From Fibrobacterota bacterium (GTDB lineage Bacteria > Fibrobacterota > Fibrobacteria > UBA11236): 32,000 nt of DNA. Every line of letters starts with the position of its first letter. The stretch's first letter is position 1. The stretch lies in NCBI GenBank assembly GCA_028287505.1, contig JAQBPN010000007.1, positions 116,120 through 148,119 on the forward strand, given 5' to 3'. A model generated the notes under the pieces. It was not told where the DNA came from. It did not search any database and was given only the letters and a program-made list of their open reading frames with translations. Positions 1 through 8,758 of this stretch are shown here, piece by piece. Made by a program: the position numbers and the translations under genes.

Positions 1-1321
1 CGGCTTGGCTGGAGAGAAGCTGCATCAAGGCCATCTCGGTATTTTCCTTGGCCATCAGGCTCATGCGATAGGCGTCCAGCAAAGTCATGAATTCGCTTTT
101 GCCGCCCTGGTAGGCGGAGAGGGTGGATTCAAGCGCCTGCCTGGCCTGCGGCACCAGCACCGCCTTGGAAAGGTGCGCCAGCTCTTTGCTGCTTTGCGCC
201 TTCAGCAAGGCTTGCTGCGCCCGGGCCAGGACCATGTTCCGCATGTCGGCGTATTCCTCCTCGGCCTGGCCCAGATTCGCTTTGCTCTGGACCACGCCCG
301 CTTTGTATTTCGGCAGGGACCACAGGGCCACGGGCACGTTCATGCTCACCGCCACGGACCAGTAGTCCTGCAATTCGCCTCCGTGCGTGCCCGCGGGCAT
401 CGCAAGCATGTCCTTGTAGGATCCTCCCACTATGAAGTCCGGCCAGTATTCCTTTCTGGCCATGGCCCCCTCCGCCTCCCGCATCTGAATGGAGGCTTTC
501 ATGGCCTTGAGGTCGGGATGCCCGGATTCCAGGATCGGTCGGATTTGATCGAGCGACCAATCCACGTCCGCCGGAACCAGCGAATCGGTTACCGGGATTG
601 CTTGCGCGGTTTTCCGGTCCACCAGGGCATTCAGCATGCCTTCCATGGCCTTGCGGGATTGCACCAGGGTGATGCTGTCGGTTTTCAAATGGGTCAGCTC
701 GGTCTGGGCGCGCAGGATATCCGCCTGGCGGCCCATGCCAACCTCGTATTGCCGGCGGGCGATCTCCAGCAGGCGGTTCATGAGCGCCTGATTCTGGCCG
801 TTGATTTCCATGCGCCGGTCCAGCAGGTAAAGCTCGTAATAATCCGTCTTGACCTCGCGGACCACCCTCCGCTTCAGCGCTTCCAGGCCGGACTCGCTCA
901 TTTCCGCGTGCTTGTGCTCGGCCTCGATCCGTGAGGCGGTTTTGCCGGGGAAAGGGAAGGACTGCTGGACTGAGTAGTCGATCTCCATTTGATCTTTGAT
1001 GGGATTGGGAAAGGACTTCACGGGAGCCTGGTAGAATTCCACGCCCACCTGCGGGGGCTCCAGATACCACGTATGGCCGGGAGAGGAGTGGAGGGATTTC
1101 ACCTGGAATTCCGCGGCTTTGATGCGCCGGTTGTTTTTCAGGGCCTGCGCCACCAACCCGGGCAGGGAGTCTCCCGCAATCGCCGAAGTCGCCGCAATCG
1201 CTGGAATAGCGGCGGTATCCGCCGGTGTTCCTTGCGCCATTTCATGGGCATGGGTCAAAACGATACCCAGCAGGAACGGCAATGCCAGGCAGGCTGCGGG
1301 ATGGGGATGATTCGGAAACAT
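1..1321 (-). CDS. TolC/CusC-family outer-membrane efflux channel protein, partial (C-terminus lies beyond the left window edge)
   Basis: Absent from the supplied ORF track because the frame is open at nt 1. Hand translation of the minus strand from ATG (1321-1319) gives MFPNHPHPAACLALPFLLGIVLTHAHE...GDSLPGLVAQALKNNRRIKAAEFQVKSL...VKTDYYELYLLDRRMEINGQNQALMNRLLEIARRQYEVGMGRQADILRAQTELTHLKTD...LSAYQGGKSEFMTLLDAYRMSLMAKEN, with no stop down to nt 1. It has a signal-peptide-like N-terminus and the paired long-helix repeats typical of outer membrane factor proteins. ORF 5..934(+) is its antisense shadow. Confidence 0.8.
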   Translation of the reverse strand, partial: MFPNHPHPAACLALPFLLGIVLTHAHEMAQGTPADTAAIPAIAATSAIAGDSLPGLVAQALKNNRRIKAAEFQVKSLHSSPGHTWYLEPPQVGVEFYQAPVKSFPNPIKDQMEIDYSVQQSFPFPGKTASRIEAEHKHAEMSESGLEALKRRVVREVKTDYYELYLLDRRMEINGQNQALMNRLLEIARRQYEVGMGRQADILRAQTELTHLKTDSITLVQSRKAMEGMLNALVDRKTAQAIPVTDSLVPADVDWSLDQIRPILESGHPDLKAMKASIQMREAEGAMARKEYWPDFIVGGSYKDMLAMPAGTHGGELQDYWSVAVSMNVPVALWSLPKYKAGVVQSKANLGQAEEEYADMRNMVLARAQQALLKAQSSKELAHLSKAVLVPQARQALESTLSAYQGGKSEFMTLLDAYRMSLMAKENTEMALMQLLSSQA

Positions 1322-1455
1322 GTCCTACGTCCTTCGATTTGGAATCCACGAATGCTTGGGGAGGAATGATCGCGACGATTCCCGGGGCCTCCGAATCATC
1401 CGGGCCGCATGGAAAAATCCAGGCGCCGGATCGGAAGACCGGGAACGGGAATGCG

Positions 1456-1476
1456 CAAAACTCCCGGAACGGGAGT
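1456..1476 (-). terminator. Rho-independent terminator after the csoR-copA-small ORF unit
   Basis: On the minus strand: ACTCCCG-TTC-CGGGAGT (7-bp perfect stem, 3-nt loop) followed by TTTTG. It sits 14 nt downstream of the stop of ORF 1490..1999. Confidence 0.65.
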
Positions 1477-1489
1477 CCGCGCGGGGATT

Positions 1490-1999
1490 CTAAATGAGGA
1501 GGCGGAGCGTGGTCAGGTAGACTGGAGGACTGGCTCCGGTCTGGAGGCATTGCGGAACCGGGAAACCCGGCGCATCCAGGGAAACCATGGGAAGCAGCGC
1601 GACGACCAGGCCGGTCATGTCCGGCACCGGAACATGTTCGGAAACCATTTGCGGAAAGTTCTGGTTGGAATCCTGGATGCAGCATCCGCTCGGCATCGGG
1701 CCGGGCTTGCTTGCATCCTGATTGCCGGCGGAGGTTTTCGCCGGGGGGCAGCAGGAATGGGTCGCGGCCATCCCGGCATGCTTCGTCCAGGAAGATATGA
1801 TGAACTGCCCCAGGCGATGGTTCACCATGCAGCAGCTGAAAGCCTGGCTGGAGAAAAAGACGGCGATCAAAAGGGAGGCGAAAACACCCCGGTATTGATT
1901 CCTGCTAATCCACGACATAGCCATAATATACCATTGGTACCCGGAGGCCGGGCAAGGTTTCAAGATAACCGCGGTCTCCCAAAATGCCAAGGAAGCCAA
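1490..1999 (-). CDS. Hypothetical small membrane-anchored Cys/Met/His-rich protein (possible metal-handling accessory protein); start uncertain (TTG 1999 or ATG 1924)
   Basis: The only protein-like frame between copA and the TolC-like gene. It has a hydrophobic anchor (GVFASLLIAVFFSSQAF) and the Cys clusters SCCMVNH, HSCCPP and GCCIQD. GGGAG lies 5 nt upstream of TTG 1999. A terminator hairpin directly follows the stop. Overlapping ORFs 1409..2221(+) and 1242..1685(-) are Arg/Gly/Pro-rich and do not look real. Confidence 0.4.
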   Translation of the reverse strand: MASLAFWETAVILKPCPASGYQWYIMAMSWISRNQYRGVFASLLIAVFFSSQAFSCCMVNHRLGQFIISSWTKHAGMAATHSCCPPAKTSAGNQDASKPGPMPSGCCIQDSNQNFPQMVSEHVPVPDMTGLVVALLPMVSLDAPGFPVPQCLQTGASPPVYLTTLRLLI

Positions 2000-2036
2000 A
2001 ATGGCTCCCGTTTACGCTCCGGTTACCCCGTACCCC

Positions 2037-4343
2037 TCACCCCATATGGGGCGTTGGGCGGAATTTCTTCAGCCTCAGGCTGTTTCCCATCACGAACGCG
2101 CTGGACAAGCCCATGGCGGCTCCCGCCAGCACGGGATTCAGGTCCCACCCCAGCGGATGCAGGACGCCCGCGGCCACGGGTATCAGGACGATATTGTACG
2201 AGAAAGCCCAGAACAGATTGAGCCGGATGGTGCGCATCACGGCGCGCGCCAAGCCCAGGATGCGGGGCACGCCGCGCAGATCCCCCGACATCAGGACGAT
2301 GTCCCCGGCCGCGATGGCCACGTCGGAACCGCTCGCCAAGGCCAGCCCCGCGTCGGCCGAGGCGAGGGCGGGCGCATCGTTGATCCCGTCCCCGACGAAT
2401 GCGATCTTGCCGCCTTCCCCTTCTTTTCCGCCCGCCCGTAACGCGCCGATGACCTCCGCTTTCCCGCCGGGGGGCAGCCCCGCCCGGACATCCCCGATTC
2501 CCAGGGATCCGCCCACCGCACGGGCGGTCGCTTCCTGATCCCCGGTCAGGATCAGCAGTCGCATGCCCATCGCCCGCAAACTCTCCACGGCCTCGCGCGC
2601 TTCCGGCTTGATCGGATCTGCCACGGCCGCCAGGCCCACGCAGCGGCCGTCCACGGCGATATGGATCAGCCCCGCCCCTTCCGCCCCCAATCGCGCCGCG
2701 TCCGCGGCGAAACCGTCGTAAGCGGCGCCCCAGGCCTCCATCAGGCGCGGCGAGCCCACCGCCACCTTATGTCCGGCGATTTCCCCTTCCACGCCCAACC
2801 CCGGCAGGGAGCGGAACGAAGTCGGTACCGCGGGCGCCACGCCTTGCCGGCGGGCGTATTCCACCAGGGCCCGGGCCAGGGGATGGCCGCTGCGCGCCTC
2901 CAGGGCCGCTCCCAGGGCCAGCAGCTTTTCCTCCGGCCAGCCGGGCGCCGCCGAGAACCAGGTAACTTCCGGGTTTCCCTGGGTCAGGGTCCCGGTCTTG
3001 TCCAGCGCCAGGCAACGGGATTCCGCCAGGGCCTGCAGGGCGGCCCCGTCCCGGACCACGGCGCCCAGTTCCGCGGCCCGGCCGGTGCCGGCCAGGATGG
3101 CGGCGGGCGTAGCCAGGCCCATGGCGCAGGGGCAGGCGATCACCAATACCGCCACCATATGGATCAGGGCCGTGGAAAAAGCCGGCGCCGCCCCCAGCAG
3201 CAGCCAGCCCGCGAAGGTCAGCGCCGCCACGGCTAGCACCACGGGCGTGAAAATCCGCACCACCTTGTCGGCCGCGTCCTGGATGGGCGGACGCGCCGCC
3301 TGCGCCCCTTCCACCAGGCGGATGATGTTGGCCAGCACCGTGTCGGCTCCCACTTTTTCCGCGCGGAAGGTGAAATACCCGTCGCCGTTGAGGGTGCCCC
3401 CCGTAACGCGGTCCCCGGCCCGTTTGGATTTGGGAACCGCTTCCCCCGTGAGCATGCTTTCGTCCACGCGGCTTTCTCCGGAGAGGACCACGCCGTCCAC
3501 GGGCACGCCGTCCCCGGGCCTGACCGCCAGCTCATCGCCCGGGATCACGGCGGCGATCTCCACGTCCATCTCGGCGCCGCGCCGCAGCAGGCGGGCCCGG
3601 GAAGGCTTGAGTCCCAGCAGCCGTTCGATGGCCTGCGCGCCCCGGCCCTTGGCCTTGGCTTCCAGGAATTTCCCGGACAGCACCAGGGCGATGACCACGG
3701 CGGCCGCTTCGAAATAGACATCGCGCGCCCCGGGAGGGAACACGGCGGGAACCAGGGTGGCCGCGGCGCTGGACAGGTAGGCGGACCAGGTTCCGATCAT
3801 GACCAGGGAATTCATGTCCGGGCTCCGGTCCTTGAGCGCGCGCCAGCCCCGGCGCGCGAACCTCCGGCCGGGACCGAACATCACCGGGGTGGCCAGCGCC
3901 ATCTGCAACAGGTTCCAGAATCCCGGCGCGGGATTGATGCGCATGCGCCAATCCATCAAAACCGGAACCATCATGGGCAGCATGGACAGGAGCAGCACGG
4001 GGATGCCGAAGAGCAGGGCCAAGGTCAGATCCCGCTTCAATACTTCCAACTCGCCGGCGCCGACGGGACCGTCCTTGAGCGCCACCGGCCCGTATCCGGC
4101 TTCCCGCACTTGCCGGAACAGCTTCTCCTCGTCCACCAGGGCCGGATCGAAACTCACGTCCGCCCGGGAGGTGGCCAGGTTCACGCGCGCGTCGGACACG
4201 CCCGGCAGCTTGCGGAGGGCCCGCTCCACGCGCCCCACGCAATTGGCGCACGTCATCCCCTCCACGCCGAAACCGGCATGGCCTTCCGCGGCCCCGGCAG
4301 GCGCTCCCGACGGGCCGTTTTCTTCAGCGGTACTTGAGGACAT
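2037..4343 (-). CDS. copA: Copper(I)/silver-translocating P1B-type ATPase
   Basis: N-terminal HMA domain with GMTCANC. P-type motifs present: TGE (SMLTGEAVP), CPC ([11 protein letters not shown]), DKTGTLT and GDGINDAP. The TM7 YN (FSYNIV) and TM8 MxxSS (AMGLSS) fit the P1B-1 Cu+/Ag+ signature. ATG at 4343-4341. Confidence 0.95.
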   Translation of the reverse strand: MSSSTAEENGPSGAPAGAAEGHAGFGVEGMTCANCVGRVERALRKLPGVSDARVNLATSRADVSFDPALVDEEKLFRQVREAGYGPVALKDGPVGAGELEVLKRDLTLALLFGIPVLLLSMLPMMVPVLMDWRMRINPAPGFWNLLQMALATPVMFGPGRRFARRGWRALKDRSPDMNSLVMIGTWSAYLSSAAATLVPAVFPPGARDVYFEAAAVVIALVLSGKFLEAKAKGRGAQAIERLLGLKPSRARLLRRGAEMDVEIAAVIPGDELAVRPGDGVPVDGVVLSGESRVDESMLTGEAVPKSKRAGDRVTGGTLNGDGYFTFRAEKVGADTVLANIIRLVEGAQAARPPIQDAADKVVRIFTPVVLAVAALTFAGWLLLGAAPAFSTALIHMVAVLVIACPCAMGLATPAAILAGTGRAAELGAVVRDGAALQALAESRCLALDKTGTLTQGNPEVTWFSAAPGWPEEKLLALGAALEARSGHPLARALVEYARRQGVAPAVPTSFRSLPGLGVEGEIAGHKVAVGSPRLMEAWGAAYDGFAADAARLGAEGAGLIHIAVDGRCVGLAAVADPIKPEAREAVESLRAMGMRLLILTGDQEATARAVGGSLGIGDVRAGLPPGGKAEVIGALRAGGKEGEGGKIAFVGDGINDAPALASADAGLALASGSDVAIAAGDIVLMSGDLRGVPRILGLARAVMRTIRLNLFWAFSYNIVLIPVAAGVLHPLGWDLNPVLAGAAMGLSSAFVMGNSLRLKKFRPTPHMG

Positions 4344-4614
4344 CCATCAGTTCCTTTATCAATTCCTTTTCATCTCCGCGCGCTTGCGCCGTGGCCACGT
4401 GGTTCTGCAGATGGCCTTCCAGGACCACGTCGTTCGCCCTGTCCAGGCCGCCCACCACGGCCTTGATCTGCCGCATCACGTCCACGCAGTAGGTGTCCTC
4501 TTTTTCGAGCATGCGCAGCACGCCTTCCAGATGGCCTTTGGCGGTGAGCAGCCGCTTGGCCGCGGCCTCGCGGGTTTCCGCCGGCATGCAAAGGTGTTTG
4601 TCGTGTTTATGCAT
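4324..4614 (-). CDS. CsoR/RcnR/FrmR-family metal-sensing transcriptional repressor
   Basis: 96 aa, MHKHDKH...[50 protein letters not shown]. It shows the typical three-helix CsoR-family pattern with Cys43, His68 and His72. It overlaps the copA start by 20 nt. GAGGG lies 4 nt upstream of the ATG. Confidence 0.9.
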   Translation of the reverse strand: MHKHDKHLCMPAETREAAAKRLLTAKGHLEGVLRMLEKEDTYCVDVMRQIKAVVGGLDRANDVVLEGHLQNHVATAQARGDEKELIKELMDVLKYR

Positions 4615-4629
4615 CGGGCCCTCGCTGAA

Positions 4630-4656
4630 ATACCCCTCCCCCCCTGGGGTGGGTAT
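4630..4656 (-). promoter_or_regulatory. Candidate CsoR-type operator (GC-tract inverted repeat)
   Basis: ATACCCCTCCCCCCCTGGGGTGGGTAT has outer arms ATACCC/GGGTAT and inner CCCC/GGGG arms. It lies 16-42 nt upstream of the repressor ATG. Known CsoR operators are pseudo-palindromes of the TACCC...GGGTA type with a central G/C tract. Confidence 0.55.
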
Positions 4657-4775
4657 GCATCAAGATATCCGAAAAGCCGGGAAAAAGCAACCCCGGCGGA
4701 ATTTGCCCGGAAATAGCCGAAAGGGAAGACTGAAACCCCGTTTCGGGGCCCGGGTGGGATTACTAATTTTCGGAG

Positions 4776-4970
4776 ATGTTCGACCGCATCATGGAAAATT
4801 CCATGGCTCTTTGGATGCTGGTCTCGGCGTTGTTCCCGGTATTCTGCCTCGGTACCCTCATCAAGGCCGTGCTGCATTTCCGGAGGACGCGGGAGTTGCT
4901 GGAATACGTTCCCGGGCCTCCCGTCTCCCAACCCAGATTCAAACCGGACGACTGGGTCCCCAGTCCCTGA
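4776..4970 (+). CDS. Hypothetical 64-aa single-pass membrane protein
   Basis: MFDRIMENSMALWMLVSALFPVFCLGTLIKAVLHFRRTRELLEYV.... It has one clear TM helix and mostly G/C at third codon positions, like its neighbours. Its TGA and the stop of the convergent gene form the arms of a hairpin (CCTGA...TCAGG, 4966-4984). GGAG abuts the ATG with poor spacing, so the start is uncertain. Confidence 0.4.
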   Translation: MFDRIMENSMALWMLVSALFPVFCLGTLIKAVLHFRRTRELLEYVPGPPVSQPRFKPDDWVPSP

Positions 4971-4979
4971 TCCCCCGGG

Positions 4980-6056
4980 TCAGGCCGCAGCGGACCTTCC
5001 GGCCCTTCGCCAAAACCGCTCCCGCCCCACCGTCCACGCATAGCAGATGACGATCAGGGCCCCAATGGCCGCATCGCCCTGCCAGGCCTTTCCCAAGGGA
5101 CGCATTCCGCCCTTCAGCACCAGCATGGCAAGCAGGGACAAATGCAGGATGTACACGTCCAGGCTGTGCCGGCCCATGGGCAGCAGCCAGCGCGCGGTTC
5201 TTTCCAGGGGACGGCGCAGCAAGGCCAGGATGGCGTAGGCCAGGACCACCAGGGAAGCGATCATGGGCACCAGGATGGGCCGGAGATTGTAATAGGGAAT
5301 GCTTTTCTCCACGCGGACATTGTCGTTCATGCGGGCCACGATGCGCGCGGTTTCGTAGCGGCCCAGGGGTTTGGAAAAGATGTCGGCGAAAGGGTGGCGG
5401 CCCAGGAGGATCGCCAGCGTCAGTAACGCCACGGTTACCAGGCCCGCGCGCGCGGGGCGGTTCCCGGATTCCAGCGCCAGGGCCCCCAGAGCGCCCAGGC
5501 AGGCGAACAGGAACAACGGCAGCAAGGGACTGTTTCCGCCGTTGAGCACGAATACCTTCAAGCCCCGCGCGTCCAGCCACGCTTCCAGGCCCAGCAGCGC
5601 CGCGCACACCGCCAGCAGGATGGGAATGGGCCGGGACGCGCTCACCAGCAGCATGCCGGCGAGGATGGTATAGGCGATGGTGGCGAGGATGCCGCTCATG
5701 GTCACGGCGTCCGGCAGATGGAAACCCTCCTCCAGGGAATAGAACACGCAGGAGAGGATCCAGAGCATAGCCGCACGGACCATCTGTTTGCGGTACCAGA
5801 GGGCGCGCCCGCCCGGCCGGTTCCGGAAGGATTGCCAAGAGTGGGCCAGGGACGTGCCGACCAGAATCAGGAACAGGGACGCGGTGAGCGGTTCGATGAG
5901 CAGGGAGAAACGGCTCCATCCCCGGCGCTCGTCCCAGGAGATGAGGCGGGTGGTATGGGAAGCCATCATCAGCAGCACCGCGATCATGCGCAGGGCGTCC
6001 AAGGCCACGTCGCGCCGGCGAGGGGTGGCGGAAGGTTGCGGTTCCGTTTCCGGCAT
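4980..6056 (-). CDS. Polytopic membrane protein, DUF1624 / heparan-alpha-glucosaminide N-acetyltransferase-like (acyltransferase-3-like)
   Basis: The N-terminal RRRDVALDALRMIAVLLMMASH motif is typical of DUF1624/acyltransferase-3 membrane proteins, and about 9-10 hydrophobic segments follow. The ORF track starts at TTG 6065; I prefer ATG 6056 (MPETEPQ...). Confidence 0.7.
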   Translation of the reverse strand: MPETEPQPSATPRRRDVALDALRMIAVLLMMASHTTRLISWDERRGWSRFSLLIEPLTASLFLILVGTSLAHSWQSFRNRPGGRALWYRKQMVRAAMLWILSCVFYSLEEGFHLPDAVTMSGILATIAYTILAGMLLVSASRPIPILLAVCAALLGLEAWLDARGLKVFVLNGGNSPLLPLFLFACLGALGALALESGNRPARAGLVTVALLTLAILLGRHPFADIFSKPLGRYETARIVARMNDNVRVEKSIPYYNLRPILVPMIASLVVLAYAILALLRRPLERTARWLLPMGRHSLDVYILHLSLLAMLVLKGGMRPLGKAWQGDAAIGALIVICYAWTVGRERFWRRAGRSAAA

Positions 6057-6090
6057 GGGTGGCAAGGTAGAATTTACGGAGACGCGGCGA

Positions 6091-8484
6091 TCAGAAGGCT
6101 TCGGGCTTGCCTGAGGCCAGGAAGCGGGAAATCCCGGACAGGTATTCCTTGGAAGTGCTGTAGCGGGTGAAACCCCACTTGCGGTTCCCGGTTTCGATCA
6201 CGGGCAGGTTCAGGGTATCGCCGGGATGGACTTCGTTCAGGGCCTTGCCGGGATTGTGCTTTTGCAGCAGCCAGAACGGGATTTCCCGCTCCAGCGCCCA
6301 GTTCCACAGGTTCATGCCTTTTTCCACCCGCAGGGGTTCGGTGACGGAGACATAGTAGTTGCTGTAGAAATCCTCTTCGATGGCGCGGTAATATTCCTCC
6401 CGCCGTTTCACGAATTCCCCGGCCTTGTCCTCCGCCAGGGGGATGCGGATTTTCCGCCCCATGCGGAAGTCCCGCGGGTTGCGGATTTTGTTCAGGTTGC
6501 GCAGCGTCTTCTCCGGCACCCAGGCCCATTCGGAATAGTGGGACAGGGTTTCCTCCGTGCCCGCCTGGATGGACAGGTTGCCGTCCGCGTAGGTGTACTC
6601 CAGATTATAGATGGCCGGATTGAAGCGATCCATGGGATGGGCCAGCTTGTCCATGTCCGAGGCCTGCAACGATAAGGTCGAATCCATCACGCGCTCTTCG
6701 GCGGGAACCGGTGAGGCGGAAATCGCGGGGGTTACCGGAGCGAGGACCGCAGGCGCGGGCGTTGGCGCAATGGCTTTCACGGCCGCGGCCTGGGGAACCG
6801 ATGCCGGCTTGGCGGGCGTCAGCGAAGCCACGGGCCCGATGGCTTGGGGAAGCGAGGGGCTGCCGCTCCCGGAAGCCTTCAGGGCCGCCGCCTTGTCCTT
6901 GGCCGAAGCCGCCGCCACCGGTTGGTTCACCGCGGGAGGAACGGATGGGGGCGCTGGGGCGGGAGCGCCGGCCGCGCTGATCGAGGCTTGGGGTTTCACG
7001 GTCACGGCGGCTTTCTTTTCCCCGATCCGGCGCTTGGGCTTTTCCGGCTTGACCGAAGCCAGAGCGTTCTCATCCGCATTGCCGACCTTGTCCTGGGTCA
7101 TGGAGAGAGGCAAGGTCGCATCGGGCAAAGAATCGGTCACGGCCGCCGCGGCCGCCGAAGTCCCCGCGCCTTCCGCCATCGCCACCGCCACCGGAGCCTC
7201 GACTGTCTTGCCGCCGGAAGCGGCCGCGATGGTCCCCGGTTTTGTCGCGCGGGAAGCGATTTCCACGCCGCCCAGCCTGGCCGCCAGCGAAGACGCATCC
7301 AGCGCCAGGGGCAACCGCAGGGAGAATCCCTTGGGCAACTGCCCGTTGCCGCGGAAGGTCGCGGGCCTCAGCGCCAGATTGTATTCCTCCAGATCCTCGG
7401 GTGACAGGCCGGTTACCGTGCACAGATAGCGCGTGCCCATGGGCTTGGACAGCACCAGGTAGCGGAACTGCAAGGGTTCCATCTTGCGCAGTTCCGGGAA
7501 CAGGGAGTCGGCCTTGAGAGCGATGCTGGACGCGGCCAGGAATTCCGCGTAGAAATTCTTGGAGGCGAAGCCGAAGGAGTTGGAGTAGTAGCTCTTGATG
7601 ATGGTGCCCAGGTCCCGGGTGCCGGCCTGTTTCACCGCATTCGCCACCCCTCCGGGCCCGTGATTGTAGGCCACGATGGCCAGCGGCCAGCTCTTGAGGG
7701 ATGCGAAGTTCCCGGACAGCATGCGGGCGGCCGCCAGCGTCGAAGCCTGGGGATCGCGCCGCTCGTCCACCTGGTACCCCACCTTCACCTTGTACCGGCG
7801 CGCCGAGGACTTCATGAATTGCCACATGCCCGCCGCGCCTACCTTGGAGTAGGCGAAAGGATAGAAGGAGGATTCCACGTGGGGCAGGAACTTCAAGCGC
7901 GAGGGAACGCCCTGCTCGGCGAAGATGGAATCGATGAGGGGAAGATAGCGGTAGGATCGTTCCAGGCCGGCGCGGTACTTTCCCTTGAGACCGCGCTGGA
8001 AGCGCAATCGCTGCGCGGAAAGCATGATGCCGGTGCTGTCCCAGAAAGACGGAAAGGTCGCCTTCAGCTCCCGTTCCTGGGTTGTCCAGGCGGCGCTGTC
8101 CTTGGAGAGCATCACGCGGATCTCTTCCTGCAAGGCGTGCACGTGGCCCTCCACCACCTTGGAAGTCGCGCGGCCCTGGCCGGGAGCCTGCACTTTGCGG
8201 AAGACCAGATCCGGGTAGAAGGGATCGTGGATCAGGCCTTCGTCGTCCCCCACCTCCACATAGATGGCGAACCAGAAGCGGGCCTGGTCCAGGATGAATT
8301 CGTCCGCCGGAAAGGTGGCATCGGTGACGATGGGATAATGCTTTCCTTCGAAATACCCGGATGCCAAGGCCCCGCATGGCGCGGAGGCGAGGATCATTCC
8401 CGTGAGCAAAAGACCCGGGAAAGGAAAGCGGGGCTTCGGAACCGGACCGGAGAACGGGCGTTTTCCTCGAAAGAAATCGGGCAT
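6091..8484 (-). CDS. MltD-like membrane-bound lytic murein transglycosylase with C-terminal LysM repeats and a long Ala/Pro-rich linker
   Basis: The SLT-domain core (HVESSFYPFAYSKVGAAGMWQFMKSSARRY...AAARMLSGNF...WPLAIVAYNHGPGGV) contains the catalytic-Glu context ES. At least three LysM-like segments are present (LVLSKPMGTRYLCTVTGLSPEDLEEYN; LSHYSEWAWVPEKTLRNLNKI...GRKIRIPL; LWNWALEREIPFWLLQKHNP...GDTLNLPV). The N-terminus looks like a signal peptide. Confidence 0.85.
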   Translation of the reverse strand: MPDFFRGKRPFSGPVPKPRFPFPGLLLTGMILASAPCGALASGYFEGKHYPIVTDATFPADEFILDQARFWFAIYVEVGDDEGLIHDPFYPDLVFRKVQAPGQGRATSKVVEGHVHALQEEIRVMLSKDSAAWTTQERELKATFPSFWDSTGIMLSAQRLRFQRGLKGKYRAGLERSYRYLPLIDSIFAEQGVPSRLKFLPHVESSFYPFAYSKVGAAGMWQFMKSSARRYKVKVGYQVDERRDPQASTLAAARMLSGNFASLKSWPLAIVAYNHGPGGVANAVKQAGTRDLGTIIKSYYSNSFGFASKNFYAEFLAASSIALKADSLFPELRKMEPLQFRYLVLSKPMGTRYLCTVTGLSPEDLEEYNLALRPATFRGNGQLPKGFSLRLPLALDASSLAARLGGVEIASRATKPGTIAAASGGKTVEAPVAVAMAEGAGTSAAAAAVTDSLPDATLPLSMTQDKVGNADENALASVKPEKPKRRIGEKKAAVTVKPQASISAAGAPAPAPPSVPPAVNQPVAAASAKDKAAALKASGSGSPSLPQAIGPVASLTPAKPASVPQAAAVKAIAPTPAPAVLAPVTPAISASPVPAEERVMDSTLSLQASDMDKLAHPMDRFNPAIYNLEYTYADGNLSIQAGTEETLSHYSEWAWVPEKTLRNLNKIRNPRDFRMGRKIRIPLAEDKAGEFVKRREEYYRAIEEDFYSNYYVSVTEPLRVEKGMNLWNWALEREIPFWLLQKHNPGKALNEVHPGDTLNLPVIETGNRKWGFTRYSTSKEYLSGISRFLASGKPEAF

Positions 8485-8699
8485 TGTGAGTCCAGGAAAA
8501 AAGGAGTCTTCAAACTAAAAAACCAGGGCGGTCGGCACGAGACTTAAGCCGGCGACTCAGGGTCCATTATATCCGTCTGCGGGACGGATCTGCAAGCCGG
8601 GCAAACCGCTTCAGTCGACGGCTCGTAAGATATGCCGCAATCGGTCCTGGAATCCCCGTTCATGGCCGCTTAGGCAACGGTGGAATCGGACCGGGTGGA

Positions 8700-8728
8700 A
8701 ATGAAAAGCCCCGCTGGGAGCGGGGCTT
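8700..8728 (-). terminator. Rho-independent terminator downstream of the histone-like gene
   Basis: Minus strand AAGCCCCGC-TCCCA-GCGGGGCTT (9-bp perfect stem) followed by TTTCATTT (T-rich, interrupted). It starts about 30 nt after the stop at 8759. Confidence 0.7.
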
Positions 8729-8758
8729 GGTTCAGTCATTCGACATCGGGGACGGAAC

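Noticed and set aside
5-1070. ORFs 5..934(+) and 129..1070(-) at the left edge
   Set aside because: Both are His/Gln/Gly- or Arg/Gly/Pro-rich nonsense. The remaining minus frame is open to the window edge and reads as a TolC-family protein.
8485-8758. ORFs 8611..8856(-) and 8680..8970(+) in or overlapping the mltD-histone-like gene spacer
   Set aside because: They overlap the terminator hairpin and the 3' end of the histone-like gene, have implausible compositions, and lack ribosome-binding sites. The spacer is better explained as a terminator plus the mltD promoter.
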